Under the pieces are notes generated by a model. That model searched no databases and was not told the DNA's origin. It saw nothing but the letters and a program-made list of their open reading frames with translations. Shown here piece by piece: positions 9,362 to 17,750 of a DNA stretch of 64,000 nt. A program made the translations under genes and the position numbers. How positions within the stretch are numbered: position 1 is the stretch's first letter; each line of letters opens with the position of its first letter. This DNA comes from a virus. The stretch is taken from the IMG/VR virus record IMGVR_UViG_3300035070_003528, positions 37,466-101,465 of that record; one strand, written 5' to 3'.

Positions 9362-10956
9362 TGTTCAAACAACTCGTTTAGTTCTTCTTCTGTGGCAATC
9401 GCTTTCAGGCCAGTCGTTATCTCATCAAATATATCCCTAGGAATAATATTTGTTTCAAACGGCCGTGCTAGAGCATCGCCCTGTCGTTCTAGATTGCGAC
9501 GAGCCACAGTACGGTATCGTTTTAGTTCTGCCCGAACCCCCTCTTGAACTGCTTTTACGTTAACTTCATTACCGATTGCCGGTTCGTCATTTCGGCTCAT
9601 TTGATTTGTTATTGATTCAGGATCTTGAAAATCGCTGAGATTACCCACTTCCGGCGGTTTTGCTTGGTCGCGCCCAGAAACATCTGCAATGCCAAAGAAC
9701 TGAGCCACGAAACTACTGTTTGTCGCCAGGGGCATCGGCAAATCGCCAAGTCCTTCCATTCCCTCTGGATCAACCAACGGTGCATCACCATCGTTCTCAC
9801 GCATTTCATTAACTGTTCGCCAACGACTGTAAATCATGCTCTCTTGAATATTTAGCGCACGGTCGTATGTGCGGGGGTCTTCGTACATAGCATAAACTTC
9901 GTCATTGGGATAAAACCGCTTAATGACTTGGTTTTGGATATGATCTTGGAGCATGATAAACAGGGGATAATATACCTGCTCTTTGAGAATCTTATCCATT
10001 TCCTTAAGGCCTTCTCCAGATGTCAATCCATTACTATGAATTGGGAAGCCGAAGAAAATCGTATCTATTTCATCACGATTCATCTGCTGCGCCAAGATGG
10101 TTTGTAGTTCATTTTGTGTAAAACCAAGCGACTTTGTATCAATCTGTCCCGCACGGGTTACGGCAATTGTACTTCCCTCGTCCTGCCAATCCCGTTTAAT
10201 CTGTGCTTTGGCTACCTCGAAGTCTGCGGGTGAAAGGTCTGGATCTAGGCTAACTAAGGTCAGTGGCAATCCGCGATTTTCATTAAACAGCTTATCCTGA
10301 GACTTTTGTAAACCAAGTTGGATTTGCGCCGGAGCAATAGCAGCTAAAAACGGTGGCAAACTGCGCCAGTAGTCGGACGGATCGGCATATCGTATCCACA
10401 GAATATAACGACCGTCTATTATGATTGGTTTAGCATCGTTCTCTCTGGGGAAGTAGGCGAATTTGGTGACGTAGTTATTTTTATCTTTAATTGGTTCTAT
10501 TTGGTGAGAATTAATAGGCCAAATTTCGACAAGTTCATCGGAGTTATCCGTGTTAGGAGCAAGAAACGCAAATGCGCCCTTGCGACTGGTTTGCAGATGA
10601 CTCATTAAATAACCAAGCAAATAACTTTTGGTCATCCACGGGTTTGGGTTATGGTATATATCGAGGAACGGATGATCTAAGTCGTCAATCATCTTGCGCG
10701 ACTCGCCTTTTCGTTTCATCCTGAATTTTGCTGCCCAAACATTTCTGTTTATTAGCTGAATATCAGCGTACACCCAGCCAATGATACTCAATAAACGAAT
10801 AAGTTCTTCTTCTGTGTACGCATCCCAATTCACTGCCTGACTGTCATAAATGCTTACATCACTGCCAATATATCGTGGCACAGATTGTGTTAGTGCGGCT
10901 TTTGAGAACCGACTTACCATCCAATTGCCAACTGTTCCAAGAAAACTATCTGCCAT
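9352..10956 (-). CDS. phage portal protein (HK97-like)
   Basis: HPFLDIYHNPNPWMT, VEIWPI and TVNEMRE; follows terL. Confidence 0.92.
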   Translation of the reverse strand: MADSFLGTVGNWMVSRFSKAALTQSVPRYIGSDVSIYDSQAVNWDAYTEEELIRLLSIIGWVYADIQLINRNVWAAKFRMKRKGESRKMIDDLDHPFLDIYHNPNPWMTKSYLLGYLMSHLQTSRKGAFAFLAPNTDNSDELVEIWPINSHQIEPIKDKNNYVTKFAYFPRENDAKPIIIDGRYILWIRYADPSDYWRSLPPFLAAIAPAQIQLGLQKSQDKLFNENRGLPLTLVSLDPDLSPADFEVAKAQIKRDWQDEGSTIAVTRAGQIDTKSLGFTQNELQTILAQQMNRDEIDTIFFGFPIHSNGLTSGEGLKEMDKILKEQVYYPLFIMLQDHIQNQVIKRFYPNDEVYAMYEDPRTYDRALNIQESMIYSRWRTVNEMRENDGDAPLVDPEGMEGLGDLPMPLATNSSFVAQFFGIADVSGRDQAKPPEVGNLSDFQDPESITNQMSRNDEPAIGNEVNVKAVQEGVRAELKRYRTVARRNLERQGDALARPFETNIIPRDIFDEITTGLKAIATEEELNELFEQWQ

Positions 10957-10971
10957 TATTAATCTCCGCGA

Positions 10972-12576
10972 TTACTCGATATGGATAAGACCAAATGAAA
11001 GAGGTACAACGCAGAACTCAATAGCAGCAAGGCACAGCACGAATGCCATAGCTAGGTCATCGTGCATCCCCTTCGGTGCTTTATTTGTTCCGCTCTCTAC
11101 CACACTCATTTGATCGTAAGTTTCTTCATCGTAAAATATACAATCACCAGCCTTTAGGCGTTTTGCCGCTTCGTGAAAAGCCAGTGGTTTACTTGCGCTA
11201 TTTTGTGTCCAACCCGTTTTTCTACTACGTTCAGATGCCGCCCAGCCTTTCAACAGGCGCAAGTTACTGTTGTCCTGTAGCCAATTTTTCACGGTTCTCC
11301 CATGCTCATTTAGCTCGAACAACACAGCGGCACTATTATAAAATCTTCCAATAAGGTCAATATAAAATGAAAATAAAGTTGGTTCAATGTGTTCGTTAAG
11401 AACAGCTACTTGCTCTTTTGTGCTTATTTTCATTACGCTTAATGCGCTGTCATCGCTTGCAGCTAGTCCTTCTGCTGGATCGGCCGTGACGACATACCGT
11501 TCCTCTGGAATAGGCAGTTCGTAAATACGCAATCCTGGCACAATGGGCAACTCGTTTTCTTGCCCCATTTCATCAAATTCTTCTATTCCGTCACCAACAA
11601 GGCCGTCACCGCCCACGAACACAATTGGCTTGCGGGGTTGGTAGCACTTGTCTAGCCAAGTTTTTTTAAACCGTTTATTCACGCTTTTTGGTGCAAGTGC
11701 TTCTTCTGGATGGGCAGGGAATGTTTCGTAAATATAATCCAACGTCCCGTCCATGTTTTCAGACAGTTCTTTTTGTTTCTCGTACCATTCTAATGTGCGA
11801 CCTGGAACAACATCGTATGGAATAAAACTAGGCGTGTATTCCGTCTGCCCTCGCATTGCCCCTTTGTACAATTCTGTAAACGTACTTTGCGGTCTGCTCT
11901 TGTCCGTTTTACTGACAAGAAACAACTTTCCTTTTAACCCAACTGTTGGGGCAAGGTTCAGCAGCACTTGTTGAAGTGAAATATTACTGCGATACAATAG
12001 TGCGGCTTCATCAATTAGTACATGTGTTGCGGAATAAGAATCCCCTTTGTGAGAGGAAAGCGCAAAACAAACAGAACCGTTGGCTAATCTCCATTCTGTC
12101 TTTGTGTCACGTACTGTTTCGCTACGCATCCAAAACGGTAGCGATTCGTAAATCCCTTTTATCTTCTCCAGTAATTCTTGCGCCTCTATTTCACCGCGAG
12201 ACAGGATTAAAATAAAAGCTTTGGGGCGAAATAACATCTCGTACACAAAATAAACCAATGCCAGTGTGGTCATGCCAACCTGTCGCGCCTTTAGGCACAC
12301 AACACGATTGAGGGTATAGAATTTGCGAAGCGCATCAAGCTGGTTATCGTACTCTACATCGGTATCCCACAGCACAAACGGGACAGATCGTTTCTCGTCA
12401 TTGGAAAACACATAGACATAGTTAATAATCCAGTAAACTAGACCGAATGGCGTAGTTAGACTATCTGCCATGCACCTGTCTAGTTCTCTGATTATTTCCG
12501 GCTTACCATACCCGTTTGGGTCGCCGTCTGGACGTTCCGATACGTATTTTATGCCATCGAATGCATTGTTTCGCAT
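10972..12576 (-). CDS. terL: terminase large subunit
   Basis: Walker A LKARQVGMTT, Walker B LIDEAA, and RNase H-like ADPAEG..DDS and GMHDDLAMA. Confidence 0.95.
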   Translation of the reverse strand: MRNNAFDGIKYVSERPDGDPNGYGKPEIIRELDRCMADSLTTPFGLVYWIINYVYVFSNDEKRSVPFVLWDTDVEYDNQLDALRKFYTLNRVVCLKARQVGMTTLALVYFVYEMLFRPKAFILILSRGEIEAQELLEKIKGIYESLPFWMRSETVRDTKTEWRLANGSVCFALSSHKGDSYSATHVLIDEAALLYRSNISLQQVLLNLAPTVGLKGKLFLVSKTDKSRPQSTFTELYKGAMRGQTEYTPSFIPYDVVPGRTLEWYEKQKELSENMDGTLDYIYETFPAHPEEALAPKSVNKRFKKTWLDKCYQPRKPIVFVGGDGLVGDGIEEFDEMGQENELPIVPGLRIYELPIPEERYVVTADPAEGLAASDDSALSVMKISTKEQVAVLNEHIEPTLFSFYIDLIGRFYNSAAVLFELNEHGRTVKNWLQDNSNLRLLKGWAASERSRKTGWTQNSASKPLAFHEAAKRLKAGDCIFYDEETYDQMSVVESGTNKAPKGMHDDLAMAFVLCLAAIEFCVVPLSFGLIHIE

Positions 12577-12608
12577 AACGACATAATATCACAAACGTTG
12601 TCAATAGT

Positions 12609-13217
12609 CTATTGGTCTACTATTTTGTACTCACCCTCTATGCTCTCGTCATTTAATTGTGGCCTTGGTGGACTCAGTTCGGCAGCGTGTTGCTTATGAA
12701 CCTCAAGATAATAATCAAACGAGAACCGAGTTTGGTCTATCTCGACCTTTTTGGGAACTTCGATAGGAACCAAGCTGGCCTGTTTAGTCATCAGCCTGTC
12801 CAATGCTTTGAGCAGCGTATCTTTTGCTTTTACATAATGCCCAATGTCATTAATTGTTAGCCCATCATCATCTAAAAAATCAGCTAAGGTTCCTAATTCC
12901 TCAATATCTTCTAGCACATTGTTTATTTGTTCGTCAGTTTGGTCTAACTGTCTGACCAGAATCCCCTCTGCGAGTCTTTCTCTATTCTCTTTTGTTTCTT
13001 GTCGCACCGCGAGAAGATCTCGATAAGCAGTCATATTTGAATAAGCAGGCATATGTTCAGCAAACCACGGTAATTTACGTGCTTCTTCTGATATACGCTG
13101 GTATGTCCAGTCATCATTAGGCCGAGCCATCATCATTTCCATGATCATAGTTCGTCTTTCGTCAATTATTTTTTCACTCATTGTATTTGCGGTTGCCCCG
13201 CGTCTTTTTCTTGGCAC
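12609..13217 (-). CDS. terS: terminase small subunit (putative)
   Basis: N-terminal HTH-like segment plus coiled coil, directly upstream of terL. Confidence 0.65.
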   Translation of the reverse strand: MPRKRRGATANTMSEKIIDERRTMIMEMMMARPNDDWTYQRISEEARKLPWFAEHMPAYSNMTAYRDLLAVRQETKENRERLAEGILVRQLDQTDEQINNVLEDIEELGTLADFLDDDGLTINDIGHYVKAKDTLLKALDRLMTKQASLVPIEVPKKVEIDQTRFSFDYYLEVHKQHAAELSPPRPQLNDESIEGEYKIVDQ

Positions 13218-13296
13218 TTTATTACTATTCCTTTTTTATTGTAATCGTCTATGATTTATTGTAATACATAACGAACACCCCTATCAAGGACAATGT

Positions 13297-13587
13297 ATGA
13301 TTAGTATACCAGAAAAGTTCTTATGCCCTAATTGTCTATCGTCACACAAGTTGGACGAAAACATGTTATTTGTTATAGACAGTCTGGAAATGCTAGACAA
13401 TCCGGATTGGCATCCAATAATTTGCCCAACATGCGGCATCGATTTTATTATCACAGACGAATTTCGTTGTTTTATCCCAGATGAACCGACGATTGTTTCG
13501 GCTGAAACACAAAACGAGTTACTTGCCATGAAAACAGTTGTTGCGGTAATGGGCGTATGGCGAACAAAAAAACCGGAGGCAAATTAA
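13297..13587 (+). CDS. zinc-ribbon protein
   Basis: CPNC...CPTC; stop overlaps the methyltransferase start. Confidence 0.65.
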   Translation: MISIPEKFLCPNCLSSHKLDENMLFVIDSLEMLDNPDWHPIICPTCGIDFIITDEFRCFIPDEPTIVSAETQNELLAMKTVVAVMGVWRTKKPEAN

Positions 13588-14030
13588 TGAATGTACTATC
13601 GCTTTTTGACGGAATGAGTTGTGGGCAAATCGCGCTACATCGCGCTGGGATTAAATTTGATAAATACTATGCCAGTGAAATAGATAAATATGCAATCGCC
13701 GTGACTCAGCACAACTATCCCAGCACAACCCAATTGGGTGATGTTACAAAATGGAGAGAGTGGGATATTGATTGGGAGTCGATTGGGTTAATTATTGGGG
13801 GATCTCCATGCCAAGGGCTTTCCCAATCTGGGGCTGGGGCTGGATTAAAAGACGAGCGTAGTGCATTGTTTTTTGTGTTTATGGATATACTGCGCCACGT
13901 ACAATCATTAAATAGCAATGTGGTATTTTTGCTGGAAAATGTTGTGCCTCGTAAAAAAGAGTGGGCAGAGAACATGACGGAAGCATTATTTTTGGCGTAT
14001 ATGGGCAGCAATTGGGAAAGAGTTGACTAG
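13587..14030 (+). CDS. dcm: C5 cytosine DNA methyltransferase, N-terminal half (motifs I-VI)
   Basis: VLSLFDGMSCG, SEID, GDV, GGSPCQ and LLENV; GGAGG RBS before the ATG at 13587. Confidence 0.9.
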   Translation: MNVLSLFDGMSCGQIALHRAGIKFDKYYASEIDKYAIAVTQHNYPSTTQLGDVTKWREWDIDWESIGLIIGGSPCQGLSQSGAGAGLKDERSALFFVFMDILRHVQSLNSNVVFLLENVVPRKKEWAENMTEALFLAYMGSNWERVD

Positions 14031-14058
14031 TATCGGCATCTAATTTATAATTACTGGT

Positions 14059-14706
14059 ATGATTATAACTAAGAAAGTATTCGCAACCGTATCCGGCAGA
14101 AATAAAAAGCACTATGAGGAAAAGGGATACAATCTCCCTTACAAAAAAGATAATCGGGGAAGAACCGGTATACCAAAGGGTACGCAAATCGAAGTCGATG
14201 TATTAGATATACATCCATCGAGCCAGATTAAGATACAATATAAATGCGATGATTGCGGAAACATTTCGGAAGTTCCGGCTCAATCGATTTTTTGGAGAAA
14301 AAACAGCCAGTATAACAAAACCGGAGAAACAGTATGTAGGTCATGTGCAAACAAGAGGATGTCTGGAGAAAACAGCGGAAACTATAAACACGGTAATATT
14401 CGCTATCCAGAATATGTATCAAATGCCAGAAAAAGGGGCATTGAGTTCTCGTTATCCGTAGAAGAATTCGAGGAAATAACAAGCCAAGAATGTCATTATT
14501 GCGGGGGGGTTTCTGTCGATAGAAACCCCAAGAGTCGGGGGCAGGGGATTGACAGAAGAGACAGTAATCGCGGATACGAATACTCCAACTGTGTTCCATG
14601 TTGCGCGACGTGCAATTTTGTCAAAAATTCTATGCCATACAACGAATTTATTCAATACATTAAGGACTTATACACAAAGACAAAGGACTATGAAATTCAA
14701 GAATAA
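14059..14706 (+). mobile_element. free-standing HNH/His-Me finger homing endonuclease inside the methyltransferase gene
   Basis: CDDCG, CRSC and CHYCG...GIDRRDSNRGYEYSNCVPCCATCNFVK. Confidence 0.85.
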
Positions 14707-15379
14707 AACAACCGGAGAAATGGTCGAGTGGAACTATATCGGCATAAACTCAGCATTGCTTTCCGCACAATCGAGAAAGAGGCTGTATTGGACTAATATC
14801 CCCAATGTTGAGCAACCAGAAGACAAAAATATATACTTGATTGACATCATCGAATCTGGACGGACAGATTCGATGAAAAGCTATTGCATTGATGCAAACT
14901 ATTTTAAAGGTGGAAACCTAAAACAATATTTCGAGAAATCTCGCAGACAGCTTGTTTTTCAAGACAAGTCGCCCACTATTGTTTCCACAATATATAAAGA
15001 GAATCCCAAAAGTGTGCTACACAGAAAAAAGTTAGGCTTGCTAATTGGCGAACAAGTTCCAACAACATTCAGCCGACATGAAAAACTGTCTGGAAAAATA
15101 TTGGATAAATCCCTTCCGTTAGAATCTAGCAATTGGAGAGGGTTAAATAGAAACCAAAGACAAACCGCAATTGCAAATATGATTGAATCTGGGGATGTTG
15201 TTATTAGAAAATTAACTCCAATTGAATGTGAAAGATTGCAGACAGTAGATGATAACCATACCCAGTTTGGTGATTTTGGCGGTAAGATCAAAAAAATAAG
15301 TAATACCCAGCGGTACAAAATGCTAGGTAACGGATTTACCGTAAGCGTTATTTCTCACATCTTATCTCTTATGATATAG
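14690..15379 (+). CDS. dcm: C5 cytosine DNA methyltransferase, C-terminal half (motifs VIII-X and TRD)
   Basis: INSALLSAQSRKRLYW, RKLTPIECERLQT and QRYKMLGNGF; own AGGA RBS and ATG at 14690. Confidence 0.88.
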   Translation: MKFKNKTTGEMVEWNYIGINSALLSAQSRKRLYWTNIPNVEQPEDKNIYLIDIIESGRTDSMKSYCIDANYFKGGNLKQYFEKSRRQLVFQDKSPTIVSTIYKENPKSVLHRKKLGLLIGEQVPTTFSRHEKLSGKILDKSLPLESSNWRGLNRNQRQTAIANMIESGDVVIRKLTPIECERLQTVDDNHTQFGDFGGKIKKISNTQRYKMLGNGFTVSVISHILSLMI

Positions 15380-15425
15380 TGGGTGGATATTGTTTTGTAA
15401 CGAATAGATAAAGGCCGGTAGGATA

Positions 15426-16076
15426 ATGATGGGAAAAATTTTATATATCTACAAGATAACAAATATAATAAATGGGAAAATCTATGTGGGAAAACACTCT
15501 GCAAAAAATATAGAGAATTCATATATGGGGTCTGGTATAGCTATCAGAAGAGCTATAAAAAAGTACAGACTAGATAATTTTCGCAAGGAAATTCTTTGTA
15601 TTTGTGAAAACGAAAAAAAATTAAATGAAATGGAAATTTTCTGGATAGCCAAAACGGGTTCTTTTAATGATGGCTACAATATGACCAAGGGTGGCGAAGG
15701 GGCGCTTGGGTATAAACCAACAGAGGATGTCATTAAAAGAGCCGCCGAGTCCAGAGCTAGATATTACGAAGAAAATCAAAGCGCCCGTGAAATCTTATCC
15801 GAAAAAGCAAGAGAAAGAATCGGTGAGAAAAATCCGTTTTGGGGTAAGCGCCTATCTCAAGCGCATATCAAAAAAATGACTCAAGCAAGAATTAGAGCAA
15901 TAACCGGAAGAAATAACCCGTCTGCCGTTAGGGTAAAATGTATAGAAAAAGATATTGTTTTTGATACAGCAAAAGAAGCGGCAGAGTATTGTGGATTAAA
16001 ATATTCGACCACAATACTCAAGGCCGCAAAGGGCCAGCTAAAAACAGCAGGAGGATACAAATGGGAACTGGTCTAA
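15426..16076 (+). mobile_element. GIY-YIG homing endonuclease (Seg/I-TevI-like, NUMOD3 and NUMOD1-like tails)
   Basis: YIYKITNIINGKIYVGKH, YMGSG, E..WI, GYNMTKGGEG, GEKNPFWGK and TAGGYKW. Confidence 0.92.
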
Positions 16077-16078
16077 CC

Positions 16079-16141
16079 AACGGATGGACTGTTGATGTAA
16101 TAGCTCATATCTTTTCGCACATGGAGAATCATGCTAATTAA
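16079..16141 (+). pseudogene. orphaned original 3' end of the C5 methyltransferase
   Basis: Translates as NGWTVDVIAHIFSHMENHAN*, a second copy of the motif X tail. Confidence 0.8.
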
Positions 16142-17012
16142 TTTCGCGTATAACCCCCATCTCGTTAACAAGCCACCGAAGCTACCGTATGTAGCTCATC
16201 GTGCGAATTGGCGCAGGATAAATGGTGGATTTATTAACAAACGAGGTAGGCCAGAGACATTAGCGAAATTAATTAAACAGGGATACCCGTATACATCAGC
16301 GCATCGTCGGTATCGCCACAAGCGGAACTTCATTAAAGGTCAGGTTCTTTCTCTGGATTTCGATCATGATGGATTTGATACGTTGCTCAATGATACGTTC
16401 ATCAATACCTATGCTTATTTTATCTACAACACGCCTAGTAGTACGGCCGATAATCCCCGTTCTCGCGCTGTGTTTGTGCTACCCCATGCAGTTGATCAAC
16501 CAATTTTGTTTGGAGCAATGGCACAGGGATTGGTGGAAATGTATGGTGATGCAGACGAGAGTTGCAAAGACCCTGCTCGTATTTTTTTCGGCAGTTTAGA
16601 TTGTAACATCGTCACGATTGGAAATGTTCTACCAAACGAGTTGATGGAAGAAATCGCATCGGATGTATTGAAGCGAGAACAAGAACACCAGAGTTACGAG
16701 CCTATTGTTAATAACATCTCATCAGAAACAGTACGTGATGCTGTTATGCGTCAAATAGAAAGAATTCAATTCGCTGCCCCAGGTGAAAAACATGGCACAC
16801 GGCTTGCTGTCGGAACTACCGTTGGCGGCTATGTTGCTGCTGGTTACTTGTCTTATCAAGAAGCAAGTAGCTATTTGTTACAAGCCGCTATAAGTAATAC
16901 ATCTGCCCCACGTCTTGCCGAGAAAGATGTACTTGATGGACTTTCTTACGGCATGTCAAATCCCCTTTGTATACCCCCAAAAACGTTCGCTGATTACGGC
17001 ATCGAAATTTAG
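16131..17012 (+). CDS. AEP/prim-pol-like primase (VirE-N-like with helical C-terminal domain)
   Basis: LSLDFD, YNTPSS...PRSRAVF and DESCKDPARIFFG. Confidence 0.75.
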   Translation: MLINFAYNPHLVNKPPKLPYVAHRANWRRINGGFINKRGRPETLAKLIKQGYPYTSAHRRYRHKRNFIKGQVLSLDFDHDGFDTLLNDTFINTYAYFIYNTPSSTADNPRSRAVFVLPHAVDQPILFGAMAQGLVEMYGDADESCKDPARIFFGSLDCNIVTIGNVLPNELMEEIASDVLKREQEHQSYEPIVNNISSETVRDAVMRQIERIQFAAPGEKHGTRLAVGTTVGGYVAAGYLSYQEASSYLLQAAISNTSAPRLAEKDVLDGLSYGMSNPLCIPPKTFADYGIEI

Positions 17013-17072
17013 TACCCCCTAGCTCGGTTAGCAGTATTATGTTACTATGGGTAAAAAAGCTATGGTAATATA

Positions 17073-17627
17073 ATGTGCATGGATGAAACCAAAACCAAGC
17101 TGGGGGAAATTGAGCGTCATTTAGAACAAACCGCCCAGAGACAAATAGAAATACTCAAGACAATCAGTCGCCTGGACAAGCAAAATAGCGAAACCCTCAG
17201 CGACGTTGCGCTGGTTCTCCGTGAGCAAGCGCGTAATAACCTAGATACAAGTAGGCTGTTAAACGATTTGTCCAGTGAGGTTGCTGGTCTTGCGTTTGAG
17301 ATTGAGGAACTAAAAAGCTGGCGCAGATTAACAACCGGTGGTCACAGCTATGATTGGATTAGCGAAAGTCGCGCAGAACAAAGCCGTATGGCATACCGTG
17401 CGCTCAAAGATAGTTTTAACGAAACAGAATTAAGAGAAATCATTATGAATCTATCTATAGATCCGGCAGAAATTACTGGTGGCAGTTTGGCAGAGATGGC
17501 AATGTGGCTAGTTGAGCATTGCCGACGAAACGGCAAGTTCTGGAACCTTGTGAAAGAAGGACGAGTTGCTAGACCAATGGGGTTGTGGCCTGTCAGTACC
17601 GGAGAACTTGGAGGCAGCACATCATGA
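17073..17627 (+). CDS. coiled-coil protein with C-terminal effector-associated (EAD7-like) domain
   Basis: The C-terminal LKDSFNETELREIIMNLSIDPAEITG...AMWLVEHCRRNGK...L......RP resembles the EAD death-like pattern. Confidence 0.65.
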   Translation: MCMDETKTKLGEIERHLEQTAQRQIEILKTISRLDKQNSETLSDVALVLREQARNNLDTSRLLNDLSSEVAGLAFEIEELKSWRRLTTGGHSYDWISESRAEQSRMAYRALKDSFNETELREIIMNLSIDPAEITGGSLAEMAMWLVEHCRRNGKFWNLVKEGRVARPMGLWPVSTGELGGSTS

Positions 17628-17750
17628 CAACCTTTCTCGCCCAAAGCGTTGAATACGTTCGTAGAACTAATGAGTTAATAAAAATACACAATGAGAAAAC
17701 AAAAATACGTGTAGAATATTTACAAAAAGACTTAAAAACAAAGGAAAAGA

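Noticed and set aside
897-12860. Many short plus-strand ORFs in the track (e.g. 7243-7662, 8391-8735)
   Set aside because: They are antisense shadows of well-supported minus-strand genes.
13980-16141. Group I intron or intein explaining the interrupted methyltransferase
   Set aside because: The non-coding gaps are only 28 and 46 nt, no P7/catalytic core or intein Cys...His-Asn ends are visible, and the downstream half has its own RBS and ATG. RT-PCR would settle it.
17073-17627. Holin call based on position before the lysin
   Set aside because: No transmembrane segment; the protein is a coiled coil plus a soluble helical domain.
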